A stretch of 64,000 nt of DNA from Candidatus Levyibacteriota bacterium (GTDB lineage Bacteria; Patescibacteriota; Microgenomatia; Levybacterales; UBA12049): NCBI GenBank assembly GCA_052034235.1, contig JBPOIT010000013.1:3257-67256 (forward strand), written 5' to 3'. Below, in pieces: positions 9,999-20,570 of the stretch. Position 1 is the stretch's first letter, and each line of letters opens with the position of its first letter. Both the position numbers and the translations under genes were made by a program. A model generated the notes under the pieces. That model was not told the DNA's origin, did not search any database, and saw nothing but the letters and a program-made list of their open reading frames with translations.

Positions 9999-11525
9999 TT
10001 ACCTGAAGATTAAGTTTTGGTGGTAGCTTGGATCAGAAGGCTCCTCGCCAGGCTTTATTGAAAGTTTTTCGACAATAATACCTCCGCTAAATTCTTTTTT
10101 TAAGGAGACGGCTGCGGTTGTTTTTATTTTATGTTTCTTCCAAAAAGCATGCGCACCAGCGTCGCCTTCAAGTGTCGGATAGAGAATAAGATATGTTGTT
10201 GGCAGTTTTTTGCTTTCAGGTTTTGGAAAATTATATTTTTTTGCTTTCCATGACATGAGATAATCCATGCCGTAGGTATATGTTTCGGCAGTATAGACAT
10301 AGTACCCAAATTCCTTCCCACCACTATCTTTTATTATCCATTCAGCGACATCTTGTTGGTTTTTATATGAACCTGAGGTTGTATTCTGCTTATGTGGTGT
10401 TGCGATAGAAATACCTGCCTCAAAAAGCGTCACACTTACGAATAAAACGATCAATAATTTTATAATAGTATGTTTTCTTAAAGTATGGACGAGATATGTT
10501 ATAGCCATTGCAATTGGCACGGTAAGCCCGAAAACATATTCAGAATAGATAGGATACGCATACAAAAGATAAAGGAAAAACATTAAGATTGGGAATAGTA
10601 TAAGATACATAAATTCACTAAAGTTTTTACTTTTATAAAGCTGCTTTTTATAGACAATGATACCGGTAGCTATTATTAGACTGACAAATAGTAGTTTAAG
10701 CAGCAAGGTGTCCTGTATCAGAACAGATGTATAAACACCTTTAAATGTTTCTATGTGGCTATACAAACGTTCAGGAAAAGCTAGATACCCTTGGCTTTTT
10801 TCCCCTGAGAACAAAGTTAGTAAGGCTCTGGTCATAAGGAAATTATGTCTGAGGTCAAAAAGTATGAATGTTGAAACCGAAAGCATAAACGACAAAATAC
10901 TAAAGATAATAATCTTCGGCTTTTTAAAAGCTTTTTTATTAAGGAAGAAACTGAAAAATATTACTGGAAAAATAAGTAATGGAAGCGCTGTTTCAAAATG
11001 CAGCGATAAACCTGCAAAAAAAGCCACAAAAATAAACGCGTTTTTATCTCCCCTGATATATTTCACCAAAAAATAAAACATGAAGAGAAAAACTAAAGGC
11101 ACGAGATTCGCCCCGATTGTAAAAGGAACAAACAGCCAAATACTTGGGCTTACAGCAAGAAGAAAGGCTAAAAGTAAACCAGCATTTTTGTTGTATAGTC
11201 GGGTTCCTACAACATACCCGAAAAAAACAGTAACAACTGCGACGAGGACATACAAATACGTAAAGATCAAAGGATCTCCTCCTCCAATAATATAAAACGG
11301 TGTCAGAAGATATAACCATAAAGGACCGTGGAAAAATCCTCCCAGTCCGCTATGTGTACCGATAAGCGTTATATTTCGATTATCGACAATATCCTGCGCC
11401 AATAAATAATCTCTGGCTTGATCTGATAAATAGAAGAAATCACCTGTAATAATCATTTTGGTGCTCAAAAGAAACGAAAGCAGCAAAATAGCGGCGAGAA
11501 GAATTATATGAAGCAGTTTTGGCAT
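9999..11525 (-). CDS. GT-C membrane glycosyltransferase
   Basis: SDQARD..IGTHSGLGGFFHGPLWLY, multi-TM, LFDLRHNF. Paralog of 33375-34928. Start uncertain (11525 or 11552). Confidence 0.75.
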   Translation of the reverse strand: MPKLLHIILLAAILLLSFLLSTKMIITGDFFYLSDQARDYLLAQDIVDNRNITLIGTHSGLGGFFHGPLWLYLLTPFYIIGGGDPLIFTYLYVLVAVVTVFFGYVVGTRLYNKNAGLLLAFLLAVSPSIWLFVPFTIGANLVPLVFLFMFYFLVKYIRGDKNAFIFVAFFAGLSLHFETALPLLIFPVIFFSFFLNKKAFKKPKIIIFSILSFMLSVSTFILFDLRHNFLMTRALLTLFSGEKSQGYLAFPERLYSHIETFKGVYTSVLIQDTLLLKLLFVSLIIATGIIVYKKQLYKSKNFSEFMYLILFPILMFFLYLLYAYPIYSEYVFGLTVPIAMAITYLVHTLRKHTIIKLLIVLFVSVTLFEAGISIATPHKQNTTSGSYKNQQDVAEWIIKDSGGKEFGYYVYTAETYTYGMDYLMSWKAKKYNFPKPESKKLPTTYLILYPTLEGDAGAHAFWKKHKIKTTAAVSLKKEFSGGIIVEKLSIKPGEEPSDPSYHQNLIFR

Positions 11526-11544
11526 TTTATTTATAAATGATATG

Positions 11545-12525
11545 TTAAACATGAGTTTCAGATTTATACCATTCAATTGTTTGTTTTAGTCCCTCCTCCA
11601 GTGATACCTGTGCTTTAAAACCAATCTTTTCAAACGCCTTTGCATTATCGCTATTTCTACGCATACTGCCGTCTGGTTTAGAAGTGTCAAACTCAATAGT
11701 ACTTTTTACGCCGCTGAGTTTAACAATTTTATTAACGAGTTCTTTAATCGATACTTCTTCATCAGTACCGAGATTAATTGGATCAGGTTCTGGGTATCGT
11801 TCTATCGCAAGAATCATCCCTTCAGCTAAATCCTCAATAAACAGAAATGCCCGAGTTTGTTTTCCACTACCCCATACTTTAACAGGATTCTCTCCATCAA
11901 TGACACGTTTTATTAAAGCTAAAACAACATGGGACTTTTCAGGGTCAAGATGTCCTCGAGGACCATAACAATTATATGGTCTGACAATTCCCACCTTCAT
12001 GCCAAATTCTTCAGCGTAATACATTCCGAGTTTTTCAGCCATTCTTTTCGCCCAGCCATATCCTCCCGTTGCTGGTTCTGGTTCACCGATAAAGCCTTCA
12101 GCCTCAGGAGTGGGAACAGAACAGCTTTGGGGATAAATACATGCAGAAGATACGACGAGGAATCTTTCAACATCGGCACGCTTTGCAGCATCCATCATGA
12201 CAGTCGCTATTTCAAGGTTATCACGAAGCATGGTCGCCTGATGTGTTTTATTATATTCGATTCCACCTACCCGTGCGGCCAAATTCATGACGACATCTTG
12301 ACCCTTACAAGCTATAAAGGCGTCATCTCGATCCGTGCAGCTTCCTTTGATCTTTCGTATATCGTTGATTACAGTTTTCAGATTTTTTTCCTTTCCTTCA
12401 CCAAATGAGCCCAGTACAGTAACAAGTGCACCCCTTCTTACCAGTTTCTCAACAACGTGACTTCCAATAAATCCTGTCCCTCCAGTAACGAGTACTTTTT
12501 TATGTTTCCAAAAATTCTTTTCCAT
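11545..12525 (-). CDS. Extended SDR, GDP-L-fucose/colitose synthase (Fcl/ColC)-like
   Basis: VLVTGGTGFIG, NLAARVGGI, SSACIYP, YGWAK (YxxxK), RPYNCYGP, SHVV, VWGSGKQTRAF, FDTSKPDG. Confidence 0.75.
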   Translation of the reverse strand: MEKNFWKHKKVLVTGGTGFIGSHVVEKLVRRGALVTVLGSFGEGKEKNLKTVINDIRKIKGSCTDRDDAFIACKGQDVVMNLAARVGGIEYNKTHQATMLRDNLEIATVMMDAAKRADVERFLVVSSACIYPQSCSVPTPEAEGFIGEPEPATGGYGWAKRMAEKLGMYYAEEFGMKVGIVRPYNCYGPRGHLDPEKSHVVLALIKRVIDGENPVKVWGSGKQTRAFLFIEDLAEGMILAIERYPEPDPINLGTDEEVSIKELVNKIVKLSGVKSTIEFDTSKPDGSMRRNSDNAKAFEKIGFKAQVSLEEGLKQTIEWYKSETHV

Positions 12526-12559
12526 AAGTTATCTTTAAGTATACTACAACAAACTAAAT

Positions 12560-13606
12560 TTAAGTCTTTTTATATTCTCGCAAACGAATCGCCTGCAATA
12601 ATGCAATAAAATAAAATATAAATGCCCAAGAAGCTGCTCTTTCAGAGATATTTGGCATATTAACTGTTAAATAAAATGGAGATAGTAAAAGAAGTAACGA
12701 GGCAAAAATAAATGTTGGTTTCGTATTAATTCTTCCGACTTTTGCAACAGAATACCACATACCTCCTAAGAAAATGTAAAGTAAATCATTAATAATTTGT
12801 AAAAAGAAAACATCAACTAATACAACACTGATGATGAAGATGACTCCGTAGTTGTTAATAAAGTGAAGCACTATGCGCTTTGCTTTTGTATCTCCAAATA
12901 ATCGTTGTGCAATTGGATTTGCAACACGTGAAAGGACAGGCACAATCGTTATGATATATATGATAAACGGCATGAGGTACACAAAAGAAGAAAAAACAAC
13001 ATCAATCGTAGAGAGAGAATTAAGCGTTTTTCTTTCTATAAAATGCAGAAATAACGACTTGTCAGCTAATAATTCTTCCTTTGAAAATTGATATTTGCTG
13101 GCGAAAACTGGGCTCCTATCATTTAACTGCATAGCATTGTGGGAATTTCCCTTAAGCGATTCCAATTCAAAATAATATGACTTTCCTTTTGAATCTTTAA
13201 TAACTGGAAACCCAATAGGTAAAAAAGGTAATTCATAAATAAATCCTGATCGATACACATTTTCATAGTACCAATTGTTTGCACCTTTCTCTTTAAGTCT
13301 GAATACAAGTGCATCTTCGTCTTTGTAAGCAACCCTTTTTAGAGATTTAAACCTGATTGAAACAATGCCCATGTTGTTATCTTCCGCTTGAAAGACACCA
13401 GTTATTTTATTGCCCTTCAAGATCGGTTTATCGGAGTAATCTCTGAAGATAGATTTGTCGTGATTATTTGAAAAAACGAGAAAACTGCTATCAAAATTTA
13501 TTATGTACCATGACGTAGCCGCTACCCATAATGCTAATAAGGCAATCGGAACGATAAACCATCTGAAAAGTTTCATTCTAAAATTTAGTTTATTTGGTTT
13601 TGGCAT
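12560..13606 (-). CDS. Hypothetical membrane protein (N-terminal TM, extracytoplasmic beta-rich domain, C-terminal TM bundle)
   Basis: 348-aa ORF co-oriented with and overlapping its neighbour; hydrophobicity pattern; no recognised catalytic motif. Confidence 0.65.
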   Translation of the reverse strand: MPKPNKLNFRMKLFRWFIVPIALLALWVAATSWYIINFDSSFLVFSNNHDKSIFRDYSDKPILKGNKITGVFQAEDNNMGIVSIRFKSLKRVAYKDEDALVFRLKEKGANNWYYENVYRSGFIYELPFLPIGFPVIKDSKGKSYYFELESLKGNSHNAMQLNDRSPVFASKYQFSKEELLADKSLFLHFIERKTLNSLSTIDVVFSSFVYLMPFIIYIITIVPVLSRVANPIAQRLFGDTKAKRIVLHFINNYGVIFIISVVLVDVFFLQIINDLLYIFLGGMWYSVAKVGRINTKPTFIFASLLLLLSPFYLTVNMPNISERAASWAFIFYFIALLQAIRLREYKKT

Positions 13607-15734
13607 ATTTCTTTCTCCTTATAGTTGTAACAGACAGTAAAATTATCACACTAACAAAACTTACAGCACTAATCATTGTTCCAATATATGTGTATGTCTG
13701 CGGAACAAAATAGAGGGTCATGTTAAGCGTAATCGATCCGTCTTTATTTGTAATTACTTTCCCTCCGTCCAAAGTTTTTGGATCTATAAAATATGAATTG
13801 AGTTTTGCATTATTTTTTGTGTGAATATTAGCAGGCATGAAGTACTTTTTATCACCTAATACATCTAGCCAATTAAAATCTCCAACTCGCAATCTCCAAT
13901 CAGGATGGTAACTGTCAGCAAAATGGAGATAGAATGGTTTTGTTATATTTTCTATTTTTATATGATATTGTGCATTTGTTATTTTTTCAGAAGTAACACC
14001 TTTGTATTCTATGTCTTTCGTGATTGATTCAGGAATTTCAGTCGTATAGAGGTGTGGTTTAACAGAAGTGTTTTCGTAAACAATAATAGAACCATTATAG
14101 TCATCGACTTTTTTCAAATGAGAAACTTTATCCAGTGTTTTTATATATTCACTTCTGTCTTTACCAAATAATTCAAAAAAATTATCATCATTTGCTTTAT
14201 CAATTTTTGGAATAATAATATATTTAATAGAGGTTACATTTAATAACTGTGCACTTTCAGGCAAAGCATAAAATGCTATAAACTTTTCTCCAAGACTTGG
14301 ATAATCACCTGATTTATCGACATCTTTCCAAATACCTGACGCCATATTTGCTGCACCAACTCTTGGATGTAAATCCGTATTACTTCCCCATCGTGAATCA
14401 GATGGCAACCAAAGTGTTCTGAAAAACGTGTTTTGACTATCTATGTATGAGTTAAATGATTCATACTCCGTAGGCATCGTACGAGTAACAAAAAGTGTGT
14501 CAAAACTGCCAGTTACGAGTGGTTTAAGATTCCAAATGTTTAGCAACACAACGAAGATCACCACTCCATATTTTAATTTTTGATAAATGCCATTATTCCA
14601 GTGCGCCCACACCCACGAAATCAATGCCCCCATTAGTACAGAATAACCAAGAGCTATAATGAAGTAAAATTTACTCGCTTCTCGAAAAGCTCCAAATCCA
14701 GGGAAGTATAAATAAAGCCACATGTATACATCTGGAAAAGGTACATTATTTTGTTTCGCAAGAAAAATACCCACAAGTGTGAGCAAACCAAAAAAGAGTA
14801 TTTTTTTATTTTTTCGGTTAAGATAAAGACCTGTGAATGCGAGTAATGGTGTCAGAAAAAAATAAAACGGTATTGGTTGTGTTATGAAAGGAAAATACTT
14901 TCCACCAGTCCAAAATGGGTGAAACGCAGTGAAAGCAGTATTAATGTCAAAAAATTCTTTTCCAAATAAAGCTCTGTTAAATACTGCGCCTTCTATGGAA
15001 ACTGTTGCAAACAAATACGGTAATATCCAATAAATATTAAATACCCCTACGATGATTAGAGGTATCACTGCATACAAAAAAGTTTTTTTTATAGTCATGA
15101 AGGCTTTTTCAGTTGAAAGAGAAAAAATAAAGTAAAGATAATAACTGAGCGCAATAAGTGTTACTAAATAAAAGGCCCTAAATTCATAAAAGCTGATTAC
15201 GAAGGTAACGAGTCCGCACAAAAGTGCATGTTGCAAGCTTTTTTTCTCCAATGACTGCATAAAAAGAACTATGACAAGCGGGGCAAGTGCAAATCCTACC
15301 ATGAGTGTTAAATGTCCTGTTTGAATAATAAAAAAGTAAGTATTATAAGCATAGACAAGAGCACCCACAAGTGCAGCCAGACGGTTTTGAACTAAATATT
15401 TAATGAAAAAATAAGAGATTGGAATTGTCAAAATCGCAATTGGCCAAAAAAAAGTGATCCTTTCTATATAGCCATAACTAAGTCCAAGATTTGAAAGTAT
15501 TCCCTCAAGTAAAAGGAAAATATAAAATGGTGGAGTGAGATCAATAGAACCAATAGCATAACTTTTCCAAATAATAGGCACACTTAAAAGGCTTTTAGAA
15601 TAATTTGGAAGACTTAACATCCAATCACCATGTGAAAGTATTCCTGAAGAGAATAGCCACACTCTATACGCGAAAAGATGAATAATCGTAATACCTGCTA
15701 CGAGACTATAAAAAAAGAGATTGTGTTTTTTCAT
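13590..15734 (-). CDS. Large GT-C-like membrane protein (AftD/DUF3367- or YfhO-like)
   Basis: HGDW first loop, LVYAYNTY..TGHL, LYFPGFGAFREASKF, RTLWLP, IKYII, LHFADSYHPDW, C-terminal TM anchor. Confidence 0.6.
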   Translation of the reverse strand: MKKHNLFFYSLVAGITIIHLFAYRVWLFSSGILSHGDWMLSLPNYSKSLLSVPIIWKSYAIGSIDLTPPFYIFLLLEGILSNLGLSYGYIERITFFWPIAILTIPISYFFIKYLVQNRLAALVGALVYAYNTYFFIIQTGHLTLMVGFALAPLVIVLFMQSLEKKSLQHALLCGLVTFVISFYEFRAFYLVTLIALSYYLYFIFSLSTEKAFMTIKKTFLYAVIPLIIVGVFNIYWILPYLFATVSIEGAVFNRALFGKEFFDINTAFTAFHPFWTGGKYFPFITQPIPFYFFLTPLLAFTGLYLNRKNKKILFFGLLTLVGIFLAKQNNVPFPDVYMWLYLYFPGFGAFREASKFYFIIALGYSVLMGALISWVWAHWNNGIYQKLKYGVVIFVVLLNIWNLKPLVTGSFDTLFVTRTMPTEYESFNSYIDSQNTFFRTLWLPSDSRWGSNTDLHPRVGAANMASGIWKDVDKSGDYPSLGEKFIAFYALPESAQLLNVTSIKYIIIPKIDKANDDNFFELFGKDRSEYIKTLDKVSHLKKVDDYNGSIIVYENTSVKPHLYTTEIPESITKDIEYKGVTSEKITNAQYHIKIENITKPFYLHFADSYHPDWRLRVGDFNWLDVLGDKKYFMPANIHTKNNAKLNSYFIDPKTLDGGKVITNKDGSITLNMTLYFVPQTYTYIGTMISAVSFVSVIILLSVTTIRRKKYAKTK

Positions 15735-16999
15735 GAGATATAATCAAGATATGAATCCAAAATATTATTCCAATCATATAATTGCCTCGTCTTGAGAGCA
15801 TTTGCCGAAAGTTTGGTCAGTAAAGACGGATTATCGGACAATTTAACCAGCACACTTGCTATAGCCTGAGGATCTTGAGGAGGTACAACATAGCCATTGA
15901 TTCCCGGTTTTACTCGTTCTGCGTTTGAACACACATCAGTAACAATTACAGGCTTACCGCTTGCCATAGCCTCTTTTGTAACGGTAAACGTTTCAGATAA
16001 TGCAGGAAGACACACAATATCTGTTTTATAATAGGTATGAACGATTTCTTCATTTGATTTTACGCCTCCGAGAAATGTTATATTTTTTTCTACACCAAGT
16101 TCTTTGGCTAGACAGGCCAATTCGTCTTTGAGTGGCCCGACCCCAAGGATATCACAGTGCAGTTTAATATCTTTTTTTATTTTTTTGGCTTCGAAAAGTG
16201 CTCTTATTAAATACTCACATCCTTTTCTTTTTGTTAATCGTCCAACAAAGAGCACACGGAGTGTATTATCCTTTCGTTTTGTTTCTTCTTTTATTTGCGG
16301 TTTAAAAACTGAAGTATCAATCCCAGTATCCAAAACCAAACCTCGTTGCTTTTTTGTTAAATACTTTTTGTGGTAATTATATGCGTGGTTATCGCTAAAA
16401 AAAACAATATCAGCATTTCTCAGAGTTCGTAGGCTGAGTTGATATAGCATTTGTCCAAATAAACCAAGCAGCACCGATTTGCTCGTTTTATTCAAAAATT
16501 CTTTCAATCGGATTAACAAATTCTTATCTGCAACGAAAACATATTCCTCATCCGCGGTTATTTGGGTATTAATGTGCGGTCCAATTATCGGCCCGATAAT
16601 ATACTTTTTTTTCTTATTCCGAAAAAGGAAAAATAAGTTAAAACTTCTCCCAAAAGCAAATGGGATAATGTGATGTACAACCTGTGCTTTTCGATAATAT
16701 GAAGAGTTTACAAATTTAAAATAGGAAATAATATAAAAATATAAACTATCATAGTCAGTAAGTGCGGCGTTTTTTTCTTTTTTTAATAACGGAACAATTT
16801 TTGTTTTTTGAATTGGTTCAACATCTAAACTCATTATGACTGCTCCAAAGAGTGTGGATACAGTTGTCTTCTTTGCTAGATGTTTGAGGAATTGATATGA
16901 TATCTGGCCGTGACTTCCTGTTTCGTTATATTGGTTTAAATAATCTGATGCTGGACAAAAAAAGAAGTGTAAATAGGAAGGCTTATTTGATTTAGGCAT
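15731..16999 (-). CDS. GT4 glycosyltransferase
   Basis: LFVGRLTKRKG, PALSETFTVTKEAMASGKPVI, NGYVVPPQD, YDW. Confidence 0.88.
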   Translation of the reverse strand: MPKSNKPSYLHFFFCPASDYLNQYNETGSHGQISYQFLKHLAKKTTVSTLFGAVIMSLDVEPIQKTKIVPLLKKEKNAALTDYDSLYFYIISYFKFVNSSYYRKAQVVHHIIPFAFGRSFNLFFLFRNKKKKYIIGPIIGPHINTQITADEEYVFVADKNLLIRLKEFLNKTSKSVLLGLFGQMLYQLSLRTLRNADIVFFSDNHAYNYHKKYLTKKQRGLVLDTGIDTSVFKPQIKEETKRKDNTLRVLFVGRLTKRKGCEYLIRALFEAKKIKKDIKLHCDILGVGPLKDELACLAKELGVEKNITFLGGVKSNEEIVHTYYKTDIVCLPALSETFTVTKEAMASGKPVIVTDVCSNAERVKPGINGYVVPPQDPQAIASVLVKLSDNPSLLTKLSANALKTRQLYDWNNILDSYLDYIS

Positions 17000-17073
17000 A
17001 TATTCTTAGCTTTTTGAGTTAAATGAAAACAAGTCTCATTCTATAAGTAATTGCAAAAGTATGCAAGAGTAAA

Positions 17074-19263
17074 TCATAATTTTTCTATTATTGGGACTTC
17101 CGATAATATAATATATCCATCTCCAGAGATGTCAATAAAAATAGATTCATTTTCTTCTACGTTTACTTTTACTTTTTCCCAATAAATACCTGTTTTTTGT
17201 GTATAAGGTGAAATTTCTTTGACTTTTTTGTCCTCTACCCGAACGATAATTTTTGCATCCTTCATTAGTTTACCTTCACTTATATATTTCAATAGCGGGA
17301 TATAAACATTATATGATCCTTTTTCGTGATTATTAGATTGAAATACACTTTTTTGATTTCCGAAAATTTGCATAACCTCTTTGTCGAAAAGTATTTTTTC
17401 ATTAAGAAGTGCCGTATGGAGAATAGGATCAAGAATACTTTTTGTGTATATGCTATTTTTACGTGTAATCATTTTTGTTCCGATTTTTTGAGGGTTCACT
17501 TCTAAATCAAATTCTGTTTGAGTTTTGTTGAGTAGCTTAACATCTGGATCGTATGAAGTACAATAATCGAGGGTTACTGTACCATAGCCTTTTTTACATT
17601 CATTGCTGCGATCTTTTAAGCGCAAAATCGTAATATTCCCAAACTTCTTTTCTAATTCAGCATTTTTTTCTAAAACATTTAAATCAAATGTTGGATAGTT
17701 TTCTTTCCATTTATAATTGTTATCGACAATAAGATATCTAATCCCTCGAAGCTCAAGTGCCTTAATGATATCTTGAGGCTTCATAGCCAAATCTGTGAAA
17801 TAGTATAATTCTAAATATTTAGGAGATAATAAGTAAGGAAATCTTTCAAATTGAATAAGATTCCTGATAGGAAGTAAGCTTGTATAAGGATTTTTGTACA
17901 AAAGAATAGTCGAATTATAGTTGGGATTCCCCCATGAATAGTCTGTTGCAAAATTATGAAAAAGTGGTGTTCTTGTAGGAAAGTAAATTTTGCTTTCTTC
18001 CCTCTTATTCAAATATTCTTGTGCCAGGAAATAGTCATTGGGAAGTGATACTTTTAGAAAATAATTTTTGTGAAGTAACATGTGTTGAAGAGGTAAGTAA
18101 ACAAATATTATTGAGAAGATTGTAAATAATAAAATATTAAATGATTTTCTGTTTAGAAGCCGCTGTAGCGCAAGAAAAATAAAAGTAAAAAATATTACAA
18201 ATTCAAAAAACATAAATCTGTACGTTGCGCGCATAGAATCAAGAAGTGGAGCATATTCGAACATCCATCCATAAATATTTACAAGGCTATTTTTACCTGA
18301 GATCATTAATGCAATCATTATATAAACAAACAATAATGATAACTTATATTTTCTCTTGAGAGGTGCATATATAAAACTAGAAATAAACAGGATTGCAAAA
18401 GAAAAAATAATTATGGGATTAGTCTGCGCCGTAGAAAGTCCGCTTAAAAAGCTATCTATAAAATCAAATGAAATATATCCTTCATAGTGTCGAGAATTTC
18501 CTAATTGAAGAAGGGAATTTATCATTGGATAATTTATTGAAAGTGCAATGAGTGATAAAAGTGTAAATAATATAAATACCTTAAATTTGTTACGAAATAT
18601 ACTTTTAAAATGAAGTGTGCAAATTATTAAAATCGTGTAAATAACAATCGGCAAAAACGCAATATTAATATTGAAAAAGGTTGAAAATATGAGGCCTATT
18701 ATTAATGAAAATCCCAGTGTCTTTCTAAAACTAAATTTATATGCATTACTAAAAAACCAATGCAAAGCAGATATAAAAAGCAGCATGGCACTATAAAGTA
18801 ACCCATCATGCGTTTCTATGAGGAGAGAAAATTTGTATGGATAAAAAATAAATACAAATGCTGCTACAAAAAATGGTGCCCAACGAAAATTAGAGAAGAA
18901 AACACGAGAAAAGATATACAAACTAAGAAGTTGAGTCACAACCATTGATGCTACGAGGAAAAGAAATGGATGGAGAAAGAGTATCTGCGCAAGCGAATGA
19001 TAGCCAATCTTAAATAAAGAATACCATCTTGAATAATGATAAAAATCAGGACAATCAAAACAATTGGTATTGTCCTGAGCAAGAATACTGCGAGGGTCAT
19101 TTAGTATGTTCTGCACATGTCCAAAAGCATCAAATGTGAAGATATATTCACCACCGAGGATGATAGTATTTCTTGAAATAAAGAAATTTAGGAAATATGT
19201 AGCAATAATAATCGCGAGCAATGCTAAAACTATTGGTTTATGCTTGCCAGTTTTTTTTAACAT
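17074..19263 (-). CDS. Large multi-TM membrane protein, GT-C-like (divergent relative of 13590-15734)
   Basis: About 12 TMs then a soluble domain; APLLDSMRATYRF aligns with FPGFGAFREASKF; GIRYLIV. Confidence 0.55.
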   Translation of the reverse strand: MLKKTGKHKPIVLALLAIIIATYFLNFFISRNTIILGGEYIFTFDAFGHVQNILNDPRSILAQDNTNCFDCPDFYHYSRWYSLFKIGYHSLAQILFLHPFLFLVASMVVTQLLSLYIFSRVFFSNFRWAPFFVAAFVFIFYPYKFSLLIETHDGLLYSAMLLFISALHWFFSNAYKFSFRKTLGFSLIIGLIFSTFFNINIAFLPIVIYTILIICTLHFKSIFRNKFKVFILFTLLSLIALSINYPMINSLLQLGNSRHYEGYISFDFIDSFLSGLSTAQTNPIIIFSFAILFISSFIYAPLKRKYKLSLLFVYIMIALMISGKNSLVNIYGWMFEYAPLLDSMRATYRFMFFEFVIFFTFIFLALQRLLNRKSFNILLFTIFSIIFVYLPLQHMLLHKNYFLKVSLPNDYFLAQEYLNKREESKIYFPTRTPLFHNFATDYSWGNPNYNSTILLYKNPYTSLLPIRNLIQFERFPYLLSPKYLELYYFTDLAMKPQDIIKALELRGIRYLIVDNNYKWKENYPTFDLNVLEKNAELEKKFGNITILRLKDRSNECKKGYGTVTLDYCTSYDPDVKLLNKTQTEFDLEVNPQKIGTKMITRKNSIYTKSILDPILHTALLNEKILFDKEVMQIFGNQKSVFQSNNHEKGSYNVYIPLLKYISEGKLMKDAKIIVRVEDKKVKEISPYTQKTGIYWEKVKVNVEENESIFIDISGDGYIILSEVPIIEKL

Positions 19264-19266
19264 ACC

Positions 19267-20514
19267 TTATGATTTAATAAGTTCATTGATAACATCCCAC
19301 TCTTGTTTTGCAATTCTATCCCAGCTAAACATCGCTGCATTCTTCAAAGCATTATTTTGTATTGTTGCTTTTGTTTTTTCGTCCAAATTTGAATACGCTA
19401 GGATTAATTCTGCAGCTTTGGACTTGTTTAAATTTGCAACTGGATAGAGACATTCTGTTGAAAAGTTAAATTCTTTTAGTGCTGAATCATAAACAGACAT
19501 GTCATAAAATACTGTCGGTAATCCATGCGCCCAACCTTCAAGAATTGTAATAACAGGAAAAAGAGGCTCGCGATGCGCTAAATGAATAAACAATTCGCTA
19601 TCACTTAAGAGTTTACTTTTCAACTCATCGGAAACTGAATCTATAAATGTGATAGATTTTTCAAGGTTTTTTTCAATAATATCTTTCTTAATTGCATTCT
19701 TTGCAGCTTCGTCCGCGAATCCACCTAACAGCAATTTAGCATCTTTATTTTGTTTGACTACTTTTTCCCATACTGCGATTAGTTCAAAAATCCCCTTTTC
19801 TACGGTCATTCTTCCAATATAGATACCTAAGTAGTGCTTAGGTTTATCAAAATGCTGTTTACCAGGCAAAGATACTCCTGATGGCGTAAAGTTTATTGAC
19901 TCTTTTTGATAATCTTTTTTTATTCTCTCCATAAACTCTCTGCTAACAGTAAATATATAATCAGCATGTCTTATTGTATATTTCATAAGCATATGACTAA
20001 ACCAAATAGTTATAGTTATCACGACCGCTCGCACTAAACCGATACCGCTTTTTTGTAAACGTTTAAAATAAGATTGGTAATTTTTATCGAGGATTCCATA
20101 ATTCAAAATGTCCAGAATTACTTTGACTCCTGGATATCTTAATTTTATTAAATACGAAACGGTATATAATTGGAGGAATTCTCCCGTAGGAAAGTATAGA
20201 ACTCTGATATTGTTTTTTTTAATAAGTTCAGCAGATTTTGTATAAAGAATGACTGTTGAAGAGATAGTCTCGAGCAAAAACCATAGGATAAATGCTTTCT
20301 TTTGTAGATTGCTTATCCATCGAGGACTTTTATATTCAATTATTCTTTCTTTTTTAACAATGTCAGAATAAATAGATTTGTAATTATCGAGTATGACAAA
20401 ATCTGTTTTGTTGGGAACTCTCTTGAGAAATTCTCTTAATCTAACATACCCACCCGCATAAGAAGAAAGATAGGTTTGGTGCCATGTAACGATTGCCAAT
20501 TCAATGTGCTGCAT
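19267..20514 (-). CDS. GT4 glycosyltransferase
   Basis: AGG near N-terminus, YIGRMTVEKG, REPLFPVITILEG, FSWD. Confidence 0.82.
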   Translation of the reverse strand: MQHIELAIVTWHQTYLSSYAGGYVRLREFLKRVPNKTDFVILDNYKSIYSDIVKKERIIEYKSPRWISNLQKKAFILWFLLETISSTVILYTKSAELIKKNNIRVLYFPTGEFLQLYTVSYLIKLRYPGVKVILDILNYGILDKNYQSYFKRLQKSGIGLVRAVVITITIWFSHMLMKYTIRHADYIFTVSREFMERIKKDYQKESINFTPSGVSLPGKQHFDKPKHYLGIYIGRMTVEKGIFELIAVWEKVVKQNKDAKLLLGGFADEAAKNAIKKDIIEKNLEKSITFIDSVSDELKSKLLSDSELFIHLAHREPLFPVITILEGWAHGLPTVFYDMSVYDSALKEFNFSTECLYPVANLNKSKAAELILAYSNLDEKTKATIQNNALKNAAMFSWDRIAKQEWDVINELIKS

Positions 20515-20570
20515 AGAATTAATTATATGCAGTAATGAACCGCGTTTGTATACATTGAATATTCATATTA

